Origin: Zootoca vivipara | Lineage: Eukaryota | Direction: 5' to 3' | DNA: 64,000 bases | Assembly: GCF_963506605.1 (NCBI RefSeq) | Contig: NC_083280.1 | Coordinates: forward strand, 36,332,001 to 36,396,000 | Shown here: positions 1-12,098 of the stretch, in pieces | How the letters are laid out: each line of letters begins with the position of its first letter | How positions within the stretch are numbered: position 1 is the stretch's first letter | The notes under the pieces: generated by a model | The model's database searches: none | What the model saw: only the letters and a program-made list of their open reading frames with translations | What the model was told of the DNA's origin: nothing | Position numbers and translations under genes: made by a program

Positions 1-194
1 GCGGCGCGATTAAGTGCTTCTGCGCGCGCACGGAGATCGCTTCTGCGCATATGGCCAGATCGTTTCTGCGCATACGGCCAGATCGTTTCTGCGCATGTGC
101 GTGCAGCAAAACCCGGACATATATACTGCCGTGTTTGCCGCGTTCGCAACCCAAAGATTACGTATCCAGGGATACGTAATCCGAGATACCACTG
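1..194. mobile_element. Tc1/mariner (Tigger-like) MITE, cut by the window edge
   Basis: Ends ccgagataccactg|ta; internal repeats of gccagatcgtttctgcgcat. Confidence 0.75.
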
Positions 195-631
195 TATTTC
201 AATCTTTAGCATAAATAAATTGAACTTCAAACAGGAATCAAATTACTGACACAACTATGGAGTCTGCCCTTTCGTTATATTAATGGCTGAGAAACATTTT
301 ACAAGGCTAATTTGTTGTGGATAAAGAAAGCACCTTCAGATGATGGAGCAACTGCATTTCCCCGTTCTTTGGCATCCATATCCTGCACAGCTTGTATGTC
401 TTAATCGTGTAAGTCCACAGGCTGGTTCTTGGTACTAAAGTGCTATTTTGTTCTGCCTTAGACATCTATTTATTTAGTGTAGAGTGAGAAAACACTTTCA
501 GTGCAGTCCTGGGCATTCCCCCCCCCCTAAGAAGCAAGCCCCACTATGTCCAGTGGGGTGTACTCCGAGGTAAGTATGTGTAGGATTGTGGCCTTTGGGA
601 GGAAATGAGGTATTGTTTACATTCTTTACAT

Positions 632-767
632 CAGGCACCCCCAAACTTCGGCCCTCCAGATGTTTTGGACTACAATTCCCATCTTCCCAGACCACTGGTC
701 CTGTTAGCTAGGGATCATGGGAGTTGTAGGCCAAAACATCTGGAGGGCTGCAGTTTGGGGATGCCTG
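632..767. mobile_element. 136-bp palindromic hAT MITE
   Basis: TIR CAGGCAYCCCCAAACT; 8-bp TSD ctttacat on both sides. Confidence 0.92.
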
Positions 768-2527
768 CTTTACATCATAATCATAATTATGCGGTCTCGC
801 AGACATATAGTTCCTTAGATGTGCAAAAAGAGAACAATTCCCTTAGGCATTCTTATTTTTGTTAAAGCCGGGGAAAGCTGCTAAACACTACCTTTGTTTT
901 TTTTTTTAATAGGCTGAAGAGTTCATTCTTGCTGCATGCAAGGTTTAAAATGGCAATCCAGTATCTTTGGTAGTGCCATCAGTCCTCAATACTTAAAAAC
1001 ATACTACATTGGTCATGCTGTGACCTTCCCAGCAACCTAGCCTTCTTGCTGTAGGCTTAGCCATCATGTTCCCTGTCCTACCATCTTGACATACTAATGC
1101 ATCTTGCTTTACTATTGTTTCCAAACCCCTCTGCTCCCTTGTAGAAGCTGCAGAAGGAAGTTACGGTGGATTATTGGTTTGGGACTGCTAGTATTCTTTG
1201 GTTGGTGGCATAGGACTGTAGTGAATGGCATCACACTAGGCAGAAAGAGGCTCTTTTATGAGGCTGCTGAAAGTGTGAAGGATAAAATGTGGATCCAAAA
1301 AAAGGGCAGTGACTTTACTGGCGGAGTCTATGTTGCATGTTCTCAGCTGTTCAGGTTTTCCTAGTTCTTCACTTCACTTTCCTTCCATGTTCAGATTCCG
1401 CAAAACTGCATTTGAGGTCTTCATGTGCGAATAAATGTTTTTAAAATATTTGTTCTATGTGTAGTATGCCGCTTAACAAGTTCATTCCTGGTCTTTCTAA
1501 AATTAAGCAAATGAATCATTTCAACACTGGTACTACGAAGAAATGAATGATTTTGGAAAGATGTATCACTTCCAGAAAACGTTGACTGTATTCTATGCTA
1601 TAAAATATATCACTACAAGATTCTATGGCATGAGCTAAAATAAAAGGAAAGAAGCTTTTGTTAGAGTAATATAGTCTCCCTGTGCAGTCTCGGATGGATT
1701 ACCCTCTGCACTTATTTATGGACTTTCGAGTAGAGAGAGCTGGTCCTAAGAACTGTGTCAGGGAAAATTTTGCTAGGTTTTACCTTCCATTTATACAGGA
1801 TGTCTTGCTCGCTTTACCCTTACATGTGGCATAGCATTCTGCTTGTGCCAAGTGGTTAAAAATTCCTTGGGGCACAGGGACAAATATGTATATAAACCTC
1901 TTATAACTTATTACCTGAAGACCAACTCCAAGCTGTACAAACAACTGAAATAAATTGTTAAAACATAAATATACTACTCTGTATTATTGTGTGTTATAAT
2001 TGAGTCCTATTAGTACTGGGTGATTTTCTGTTTGACTGGAATACAGAGAATTTTTAAAATATTTATGTGATCGACTAATGTCAAATTGTGAGCTTTCCCT
2101 GGAGATAAATATGTAAACCCCTTTGATAAGCTGGACTACTGTATGTGTAAACTCTCCCTGATGGAAATGTTGGTCTTAGTTTTCCTGTTTTGTGTTCGTA
2201 GAAGCCTTTTAGCAAAATATACATTTCACACAGGTTCGATGTCTCAGACTTTTTGCAGAGACAGGCTGTCTGGGAGTTTGTTCAAGGTCTATCCAGTGTT
2301 TAACTGGATCTCAGCCCTCAGATTCTGGGGTGGAGCAGAAACTGAAGACAGCTTACTTGGGCAGGGCTATTTCACAAAACTATACAGATACAAATCCTGT
2401 CCGTCTCCCCAACAGAACACACTCAGTAGAAAGCACCAGTAAACTGCAGCTCCCTAATAAGTATAACACATACATCACCTGCATTGATTTTTTTATATTT
2501 TTAGGTGCAGACACAAAACATCTTGAG

Positions 2528-2663
2528 CAGGCATCCCCAAACTTCGGCCCTCCAGATGTTTTGGACTACAATTCCCATCATCCCTGACCACTGGTCCTGT
2601 TAGCTAGGGATCATGGGAGTTGTAGGCCAAAACATCTGGAGGGCCGCAGTTTGGGGATGCCTG
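2528..2663. mobile_element. 136-bp palindromic hAT MITE (same family)
   Basis: Same TIRs; TSD atcttgag. Confidence 0.93.
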
Positions 2664-3373
2664 ATCTTGAGGGTATTCCGTAAACATTCAATGTGTGAAG
2701 TGGCCTTCAGATGAAACTCTTGGATACTTCCAGAGGGCACATGGGAACTGCAATTGTTACTGTCGTAAAAGTGTACATGCTTGGAAAATGAACTACCGGT
2801 ACTACTATTAATACATCCTAAATTAGTTGCTTTGCAACTTCAGCTGTGGTGAGACGTGGTAATTCATTAAAGGAAATATCAACTGAGACTATAATGTGAC
2901 TACAGCCGATCAAGTCTCCTTATGCTGCAACATGCAACAGGGACAGGATTCCTCTTGAAAGGAAGCGCCAGGAGTTCTTTCAGCAGAAGCACTGTTGTGT
3001 GATGCAAGTTTAAGAGCAGAGAGCTCTTATGCTCTGGTTGCTGGGGTTTCCCTTTCATGCATATGATTGGCTTGTATGTCATTTCACTAGTGGACTAGGA
3101 GAATGGTTCCAAGTGCCCTTATACAGAAGTATTAGTGTAGGCTTACAGATGGTTCTCTAGTTCCATGTTGCACGATGGCAATGACCATGATAAAAACAAG
3201 AGAGGGAAAGGAGAATTAAATTCCAAGTGTAATATGTATACCAATTGTGGATTAAGGTTAGGTTTAAAAACAAAACAAAGCAGCAACTTCAAATTACAAG
3301 CAGGCAGCAAATTGTCAAAAAAGGATTACGGTTGCATTCTGTTGTGAGAGGCTGACTCTCTAGCACAAAGGCT

Positions 3374-3723
3374 GTAAAGGTAAAGGTAACCCTGACCGTT
3401 AGGTCCAGTCGTGGACGACTCTGGGGTTGCGGCGCTCATCTCGCTATATAGGCTGAGGAAGCCGGCGTTTGTCCACAGACAGCTTCCAGGTCATGTGGCC
3501 AGCATGACTAAGCTGCTGGTGAACCAGAGCAGTGCACATAAACGCCATTTACCTTCCCGCTGGAGCGGTACCTATTTATCTGTTTGCACTTTGACGTGCT
3601 TTTGAACTGCTAGGTGGGCAGGAGCTGGGACTGAGCAACGTGAGCTCACCCCGTCACGGGGATTCGAACCGCCGACCTTCTGATCAGCAAGCCCTAGAGG
3701 CTCTGCGGTTTGGACCACAGCGC
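3374..3723 (-). mobile_element. Sauria SINE
   Basis: Reverse complement of the 6821 and 11325 copies; (ACCTTT)n tail. Confidence 0.9.
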
Positions 3724-4531
3724 AAATGCTGATAGGATCAAAGCCCTAGCTCCACTGAAGTAAGCAGACATGTTGCAATCTAGAGTAGATTGAGAAGTAG
3801 GCCTCATGAAGAGAATTGGAACTGATGTGTGTTTAACTGTAAGATTCCAGTTGTGTCCAGCTTCATCTGAGATAACAAACTAGGTTCGCTCAAAGCGTTC
3901 TTCCTAATCTAGTAGGTGTAAATGACGGTGGAAGTCCATTTAATTTGTCGTAGAATGTCTATGCTAGGCAACAAGTAGGAAAATTATAAACAATTCTACA
4001 TGGTGGAGCTGCTACCTCATATGTCACATGAGAGGCACTGTACAGACCCAAGAGAGAAAGTTCTTGTCCTCATGGAACTAGAATATCCTGACAGTGGAAA
4101 TGCTCAGGGGGGGGGGGTTAATATAATGTTTGTGCATCCTCTTTACCTTCAGTGCAAGAGAAGTACAATTCAGTAGCAGTGTTAAAAGGCTGTATTAGCA
4201 AGTCTGCACACAAAGTCTTTGTGATGTGTTTTTATATTAAATTCATGTTTCAGTGAAAGTGAATGACGGGAGATGTTTGGAAATATGACACCCTCCAGTA
4301 AATGTGTCAGGGTTCTGCCTGCCCAGACATTGTACCTGAGGTCTTCTCAGAGGTAAGAGCAAGGAGAGCAGGACCCTCCAGTAGATTTCCACACTGCAAG
4401 TGACCCTGAAAAACCATTTGATCCAGGTATCCCTGGCCTATGACTGGAGCTGCCTGGGCTTCTGGCTAACTTTGAAATCCCCCCCGCCCCCAATCTCTTC
4501 CAGGGTCACAGGAACAGAATACATTGGGAGG

Positions 4532-4669
4532 CAGGCTTTCTCAACCTTGGACCTCCAGATGTTTCGAGAGTACAATTCCCAGCATCCCTGACCACTGGTC
4601 CTGCTAGCTAGGGATCATGGGAGTTGTAGGCCAAAAAAACATCTGGAGGGCCGAGGTTGAGGAAGCCTG
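4532..4669. mobile_element. hAT MITE, related subfamily
   Basis: TIR CAGGCTTYCTCAACC, same palindromic core; no clear TSD. Confidence 0.85.
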
Positions 4670-6174
4670 GTTTCAGAGCCACTGCTGCTGTGCTTGCCTA
4701 GCTGCACACGAGGTTACTCGGAAGGAGGGGGAAGCACATGTCTGAATCAGGGCCTGACTGGGAAGGTGTGATGCCTCTCGCTCCTACATGAGCCTCCAAT
4801 CTGAGCTGTGGTATTGCAGACACAACACCTCTCTCACGCATTCCCGACTTGGAGAAATGGACACTGGGAGAAACACCTAGAACTTGGAAAGGTGGAGAGA
4901 GCTGTGTGTTGGTTAGAGCATCATTGGAGTTCACAAGCTTTCTTTGGAAAACTGATGCAGGACTGTCAACGGTGTTGTCTGCTTGGATGAGTGCTTGTTT
5001 GCTTCCAATATGCTGTAGTGGTATATTTGTAAGTAAAACAAGTTTTACAGATATAGAATATGTCTCCAGTGATCTCTCACTTGTCATCTGGAGCTTTTGA
5101 AATTGCGAAAGTGAATAACAATTTATCCTTTTCCAAAGAGTTGATGTTACTTACTTTTTATACTATTCTTTTACCCCGTGCTGCTTTCAAGGTTTATGTT
5201 TTTAAATTGTTTGTGTAATTGTGATTCTTTGTAAACGACTCGGATTAGGATGGAAGATGTGAATTCCTGGAAGGAAGGAAGCAATTTAATGTGTGTGCCT
5301 CTGCCAGAGAAATGTGCTAACAACAGCTATGTAAAAAGAAGAAGAAAGAAAAGCTAATCACTATGTGTTTTGGGTGTGAATATTGAGAAGAAGGAAAGCA
5401 GCCCTAATTTCCTAACAGCAGGGGACAGCAGTTTGCTGCAAAAAGGCCAAATGAAACCTTAAACATAGTACAGAGTAACCAAATATCCTCAAATGTAAAG
5501 CAGCATGATGTATCTTGCGTTAGCAGATATATAAACACTTGTAAATAAAAAGTGGTATAATTTGTTTTATAAAGAAATAACAAGCCATGGTAACACCTGA
5601 GGACTGAGCATGCTGATAGAAAGTTGAACAGTGGTTGGAAATGAAAAACAGAAACAGTGGAAAAACCTGCTAAAAGAGGATCTGACTGGCTGACCACCGG
5701 AACTCTGAACAAGAGCACTCCTATTAGAAGATGAGAATACAGCACAAAGTTTTGTACGGAGCTTACTTGTTAGAACGTATTTTCGTCGCCTTATGGCTCA
5801 GCTGGAACTCTGAACATGAAGTAATAACGTCTGAGCATGTGCAAAGTACCTTTCAAGCACTGAGTAGTCATTGGAAGCCTCCATAAGAACACTCAACAAA
5901 ATAGCTTTAATATTTTTCATCAAGCTGGGAGGGAGGGGGGTTTGGCTGAACAGGTATTCAACAGAATGTGGGACAGCAGGATGCAAAAAATCAGATTGAA
6001 ATAAGTCTAATATGGTGCTCAAACCTGGGCGGTTCCATACTCCTGCATCTGCTCCATTGAGCAGGATATGGGCTATTTTTTCTCAGCCCACCTATAAAGC
6101 TAACTCCTTTGCTTTGGTGGGCAGGGGGGGAGGTGGAGTCTTTCATAGGCAGCCAATAACTTGCAGAGATTCTA

Positions 6175-6346
6175 CAGTCATACCTCGGTTTAAGTACGCC
6201 TCGGTTTGAGTAATTTCAGTTTAAGTACTCTGCGGACCCGTCTGGAACGGATTAATCCACTTTCCATTACTTTCAATAGGAAAGTACGCTTCAGTTTAAG
6301 TACAGACTTCCGGAACCAATTGTGTTTGTAAACCGAGGTACCACTG
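6175..6346. mobile_element. Tc1/mariner (Tigger-like) MITE
   Basis: ta|cagtcatacctcgg ... ccgaggtaccactg|ta. Confidence 0.85.
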
Positions 6347-6499
6347 TAATTGCAAAGCATGAACCAAAATAATTGTTTCTGTTTTAGGGAAGTGAGTGTT
6401 ACTGTTTTTGAGAGGCTGAATAATTTTTGGAAGAGGAAAAACTGCATGCACCCAGAAGCAAGGATATTTCTGTGTGTGGTGTCTTAAAAACCTTGATGT

Positions 6500-6637
6500 A
6501 CATAAGGAGGGCCTGCTAGATCAGGCCAATGGCCCATCAAGTCCAACATCCTGTTCTCAGTGGCCAACCAGATGCCTGTGGGAAACCCCCGAGCACAAGA
6601 ACACTCTCTCCCTTCCTGTGGTTTCCAGCAACTGATG
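6500..6637 (-). mobile_element. CR1-type LINE 3' fragment
   Basis: acataag...gatcaggccaatggcccatc...ccagatgcc resembles a squamate CR1 3' end (recognised from memory). Confidence 0.55.
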
Positions 6638-6820
6638 CATGTCTTGTTCTTATCTTTGAGTGCGTATGAGTTCCCTTTAAAAATTGCATGAATGTAGTAT
6701 GGCTTAATCACCCACCATTTTTAATTGAATTTTAAGGAAACAACTAGAGAACTCAAAACAGGCCATCTCCAATTGCAACTTACAGGCAGAACAGCCCTGT
6801 TTAGCTACTCTGTAAATGGT

Positions 6821-7169
6821 GACACAGGTGGCGCTGTGGGTTAAACCACAGAGCCTAGGGCTTGCCGATCAGAAGGTTGGCAGTTCGAATCCCTGCGACG
6901 GGGTGAGCTCCCGTTGCTCGGTCCCAGCTCCTGCCAACCTAGCAGTTTGAAAGCACACCAAAAAGTGCAAGTAGATAAATAGGTATTGCTCCGGCGGGAA
7001 GGTAAACAGCGTACCTGTGCGCTGCTCTGGTTTCACCAGAAGTGGCTTAGTCATGCTGGCCACATGACCCAGAAGCTGTATGCCGGCTCCCTCGGTCAGT
7101 AAAGCGAGATGAGCACCGCAACCCCAGAGTCGTCCGCAACTGGACCTAACGGTCAGGGGTCCCTTTACC
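6821..7169 (+). mobile_element. Sauria SINE, full length
   Basis: tRNA-like head with B box ggcagttcgaatccc, tail ccctttacc, TSD taaatggt. Confidence 0.92.
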
Positions 7170-7239
7170 TAAATGGTACTTAAAGAAAGCACAATTCTCA
7201 AAGTGCTGTAGAAAGTGAGTTTACCACTTCCATAGTGTG

Positions 7240-7600
7240 GTATTTATTTAACAAAAATTATATACCTGTTTAAAAGAAAGACAAGTGATTTTCAATAACA
7301 TAAAATAAGTATTAAATATTAAATAAATATTAAAATGATAAATAGAACAGTTAAAATGGGTATTGAAAATATTCAAAAGATTATTAAAATAAACAGCAGC
7401 TAAAATAACAAGATTAACTTTTGCATGTCTGGATAGGCTTTTCTAAAGAAAAATGTTTTAACCAGGCACTGAAAAGACTACAGTGAGGATGCCTGCCTGA
7501 TGCCTATAAGCAGGGGCTTCCAAAATGTAGGGCTGCTACACTAAGACATTGGTTTTTTACAAGGGCAAAACAAGTATTATGTGACTTCCAAAATAGTGCA
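7240..7600 (-). mobile_element. Old L2-type LINE 3' fragment
   Basis: A-rich tail plus segment similar to 23855-24220. Confidence 0.5.
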
Positions 7601-9381
7601 CAAATCTTTATGCCACAATGAATTTGTTACTCTTTAAGTGCCACAGGACTCTTATTTTTCTTTCTATATCAATACCAAAGCAGCAGTTGCTAATGGCTTC
7701 AAAGATTTGCCCTGCACAGCTTCCTTCCTCTCATTTCCCTTCTTCTCAGCTCCTTCTCATTTTCGAGTGGCTTGCACAGCCTCGACCTTTCAGTGTGCAA
7801 CTGCTGAGCTCTGGCTGGGGGTTGCTGGGTGAAGCAACTGGCTCTGTGATCCATGTGACTGCAGTTTCCGTTGCTTAGTTCCTTCCGCAAGTTCAAAAAT
7901 AATCTGATATTAAGTGAGAGGGCAAACAGCTAATTTTAATATTATATGTAGAGATACAGAGGGAAAAGAGGGTACGGGCTGGAGCAGAATGAACGTCCCA
8001 GTGCTGAGCGTATTGCTCCTACCCCCGGTGAGTAACAACCTCAAGATTTGCCTCCATTCTTTGCCTTAAGAGGGGTGTGGGGGTGGGTGGGTGATGCTAA
8101 CCAAAGGGAACCGTTCAACAGCTGCTGTTTCATTCTGAACACCTACACTGCAAAAAGGCAGTCGTCGTTTTGCGGCGTGGTTGAGCTCACCAAGAACATG
8201 TATCAGTTCCATGTGGTGTAGTTCTGGGAGTACACGGTGGAGGGTTCTGTAATACAGAGGTGTTTCATAAAATAGATATATGAAGGAGAGATGAGGCAGT
8301 GAGGTGGTTGCTGAGAACTCTCCAGACTCACTCTGAGGCATCTGCCACTTAACATCTTTGAAGAGTTACAGGGCACCGAGAGCACAAGCACCAAACTGAG
8401 AAGGCAGGACAGATGGTGAGTGAAGTCCTTAAACACCTTTATGATGGCAAAGAAAAAGAGTCATGAAGCAGGGAAGGAACTTGGGGTCAATAACTTTGCT
8501 AGCCATTGGCAAAGTGAGAAGGTATGCTGGGGATCCCTGCTTTGAGAGTCAATCCACTTTTTTAAATTAAAAACCTTCACACCTAACTAGTATATAGTCT
8601 CAGAAATAAATTCCTCACTAGGTCATAAAACCAGTCTTGCTTTTCCTCTTATAGGACTCTGAGTACTTTCAGAAATGGGGCAAATATGATGGAGGAAATG
8701 GCATGATGAGAACAAGGGGTTAATCCCCCCTCCCTCAGCAGCACTGCTCTGATCCACCAAGCAGCCCCTCCACCCACAGCTACCTTTCAGTAAAATTAAA
8801 CATGTCAAATCCAGTCATGGATCTCTAATGTCAAATGGGGTTTGGCCCTACGCTTCCACTTGGAGGCAAGATCATTTCCAGAGAGCTAAGCATTCGCAGA
8901 ATGTGCCCCACTTTTGCCTTTAGTAAACAGGTTTTGCAAAACGTGCTTGACCAGAAGTGACAGCTGGCTAGACAAAAAATATGTGCACCTCATCAGATCC
9001 AGCTTCAAGTTTGGGGGGAAGCTGGGCAGGCTGCCCTTAGTAGCACCCACTGCTGACTGGACCTGTTGCCCGGAACCTGCTGCTATGTCACCCTGCCTCC
9101 TCTGGCCATGGTGCTGCCACAATCTGCAAAGTGACACCAGAGGGTCAGATGTGGGGAAAGCATGTGCGTTGCACAAAGAAATTAACAGATTTTGGTGTAT
9201 GAAAAGTTTGAGAGCAAATACGCATATGACATAAATTACGTGGAAGAAGCCTTGGGATGTCTGCTTTCTAGTAAGCATCTGGTTCTTTCTGTAATACAAA
9301 ATACAACAAACTGTCAATACTGCCTTTTAAAACATATATTTGCCCCGCTTTGTGTCACTTTCCAGGAGTCCTGCTGTTGAA

Positions 9382-9477
9382 ATGGCACTAACAGCCCTGA
9401 GTATCTTCGTGTGGATAGCTTTCCTAGATACAGGATGGGGAAGCAAACCTGCAGCCTATCACAGTCTTTGCAGACTG
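9382..9477 (+). CDS. NRROS: NRROS/LRRC33 first coding exon (signal peptide MALTALSIFVWIAFLDTGWG...CRL)
   Basis: Acceptor tttccag| before 9366, ATG at 9382, hydrophobic leader, donor CTG|gtgagt at 9477/9478. 96 nt, phase 0, joins in frame to the LRR exon. Confidence 0.9.
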
Positions 9478-9560
9478 GTGAGTCTGTCTTCTATCAACTT
9501 TCTTTTCTTTGTTTATTTTGAACCGTGTGTCAGCAACTCCAGGGGTCCACAAATGACAAT

Positions 9561-9794
9561 GGGTTGTATCCACCCAGCTTTTCCCATTAGTACAAGAACT
9601 TCCACCTGTGCAAATGGACTTCTTCTCCCTCTTTTCTCCCTGCATGCCCCTTACCCATCCCACAAATCTGTTCTGGGGGTTTCCCCAACCCTCCAAGAAG
9701 ATTTTGGAGGCATGGGGGACATGCAGTGAGAGGAAGTCTCATTGTGCATCTAGAAGTCCTTGTGCCAACTGGACAACTTCATTGGATACAACCC
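9561..9794. mobile_element. MITE with GGGTTGTATCCA TIRs (PIF/Harbinger-like)
   Basis: aat|gggttgtatcca ... tggatacaaccc|aat with 3-bp duplication; related fragments near 42250-42430 and 47040-47210. Confidence 0.7.
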
Positions 9795-10146
9795 AATATT
9801 ATCCTGTTTTTATTGTAATTATTGTTATAGATTTTATATACAGGTATGCATATAGTTTTAAGTCTGTCAGTGTTTAATTGTATTTAATTATTGATCTTTC
9901 TATGTTTCTAACAACAACAACTAATTAATAATAATGAATAATACTTTTATTATTTGTACCCCTCCCTTCTGACTAGGTTGCCCCAGCCACTCTGGTGGCT
10001 CTAGGTATAAATATGTGTCACAGATCACGTCTGCATTGCCCTGGCAACCTCTGTTCCCCCACTAAGCCACAACAATGTTAAGAATCACAAGAAAGTGCAG
10101 TTGCTGGGTTGAATCTACATCTGATTTCTTCTGCTACATTAGCAGA

Positions 10147-10446
10147 CAGGGCCGTCTTAACCCAGGGGTGCAAGGGGTGTGGTGCACCTGGGCGCCAAAT
10201 TATTGGGCCCCCCCCAAATGTATACCTACTGTATTTGAGGACCCTCTCTATCAGTGGCAGTGAAAAGCAATGGGGCGAAGGTCCTTGCCCCCCTGCTCTG
10301 TCAATCTGTTACTGCAAAGGTCAACAACTTTGGCTTCCCCCCTCCCAAAAAAGGTCCACAACTTAGAGTTCACCCCCCCCCCAAATATGGGGGTGGCTAA
10401 ACTAAATTTGGGGGCACTGGGAGGGTCTTTGCTAAAGATGGCCCTG
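10147..10446. mobile_element. Non-autonomous hAT element (CAGGGCC TIR)
   Basis: cagggccgtctt ... aagatggccctg; 8-bp TSD ttagcaga/gtagcaga. Confidence 0.8.
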
Positions 10447-11324
10447 GTAGCAGAGCAAGTGTTACAAATTTCCCATAATCTGATGATAGCTCAATCACTT
10501 TTTCCACACCATTCAAACTTGCATGGTTATTCAGAACGAGAGAGAAAAATCTAATTCTTGCCGGGGCATAGAGTTTACAATAAAGGAAGTAGCAGAAATG
10601 CTCTCTTTGGTAGTTTGTCCATAGGCACAAAAATGCAGATACCTTAGATTGCTTTCTGCTGTTCATGACAAGGCGGTATTGTTTGAAAGCAAAGCCTTGT
10701 CACTTTATAACTGGCTCTGCGGTCCTTAGAAATGTTTCTAAAAGATGACAAGGCAGGACTGTTGTGTATTCCGAAATTCTGCATGGGCAAAGAAAAAAAT
10801 AGTAGAAATGGTTCTGACTACAGAACCTGAGACTCCCAGCTTTCATTTCTAAAAGAGAAGATTTCTAACCCTTGGAGAAAGAAAGGTAGGGTTGCAAGGT
10901 GGGTAATGGCTGGTAGAAACTCAGAAGCTAGAAGCGTGGCTTGAATGAGATTTTCTATGGTTAGGAGACAGGTTTCAGTGTTGACACAAACATCAGAGCT
11001 CCTTCCTTATTATATTAAATGTGCAAATTTGTATTGTGAATATTAGTTCCCAGAATTTGTTTTTCTTTGCGCAAATTTGGGTGGGTTACCATAATGAAGA
11101 TTCTGTTTTGTTTTGAGTGCAGAGCACATACAGCTCTGAAAATATTGTTATGGAAAACATTTACTGTCAAAGTGTTTTATTCATTAAACTATCTTTTCCT
11201 AATATTGTCCACTCCAACTGGCAGGAGCTCTCCAAGATATCGGGCAAAGATCTCTCCCAGCTCCCTGAGATACTTCACAGGATATGCCAGGGATTGAACC
11301 TGTAATCTTTTACATGCCAAATAT

Positions 11325-11676
11325 GACCCAGGTGGCGCTGTGGTTAAACCACTGAGCCTAGGGCTTGCTGATCAGAAGGTCGGCGGTTCGAATCCCTGTG
11401 ACGGGGTGAGCTCCCGTTGCTTGGTCCCAGCTCCTGTCAACCTAGCAGTTCGAAAGCACGTCAAAAATGCAAGTAGATAAATTGGAACCGCTACAGCGGG
11501 AAGGTAAACGGTGTTTCCATGTGCTGCTCTGGTTTGCCAGAAGCGGCTTTGTCATGCTGGCCACATGACCTGGAAGCTGTACACCGGCTCCCTCGGCCAA
11601 TAATGCGAGATGAGCGCGCAACCCCAGAGTCGGTCACGACTGGACCTAATGGTCAGGGGTCCCTTTACCTTTACCT
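11325..11676 (+). mobile_element. Sauria SINE, full length
   Basis: Same head, body and (CCTTTA)n tail as the other copies. Confidence 0.92.
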
Positions 11677-11788
11677 TTATGTACATCTTAACTTAGAATC
11701 TACAGGGCTTGAGATAAGCCCTTTGCTTATTGTGCTCATTTGAAGTGCAGTATGGCTTTAGTAGCTGGGCCCACCTTTTTTTGTCTCA

Positions 11789-12062
11789 TGTTGTTGTTGT
11801 TGTTTAGTCGTTTAGTCGTGTCCGACTCTTCGTGACCCCATGGACCATAGCACGCCAGGCCCTCCTGTCTTCCACTGCCTCCCGCAGTTTGGTCAAACTC
11901 ATGTTCGTAGCTTCGAGAGCACTGTCCAACCATCTCGTCCTCTGTCGTCCCCTTCTCCTAGTGCCCTCAATCTTTCCCAACATCAGGGTCTTTTCCAGGG
12001 AGTCTTCTCTTCTCATGAGGTGGCCAAAGTATTGGAGCCTCAGCTTCAGGATCTGTCCTTCC
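11789..12062 (-). mobile_element. 5'-truncated BovB (RTE) LINE
   Basis: Minus strand encodes LKLRLQYFGHLMRREDSLEKTLMLGKIEG...AWRAMVHGVTKSRTRLND (BovB ORF C-terminus); (CAA)n tail; TSD ttttgtctca at 11779-11788 and 12063-12072. Confidence 0.95.
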
Positions 12063-12098
12063 TTTTGTCTCAAACATCTCATTCTTTTTCTGCTGCAG

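Noticed and set aside
6821-6900. tRNA gene
   Set aside because: It is the tRNA-derived head of a Sauria SINE, as are the other A/B-box hits; no complete cloverleaf.
11832-12098. N-terminal 89 aa of the 739-aa ORF as the true NRROS N-terminus
   Set aside because: It is antisense BovB plus intron starting at GTG; the real signal peptide is in exon 9382-9477.
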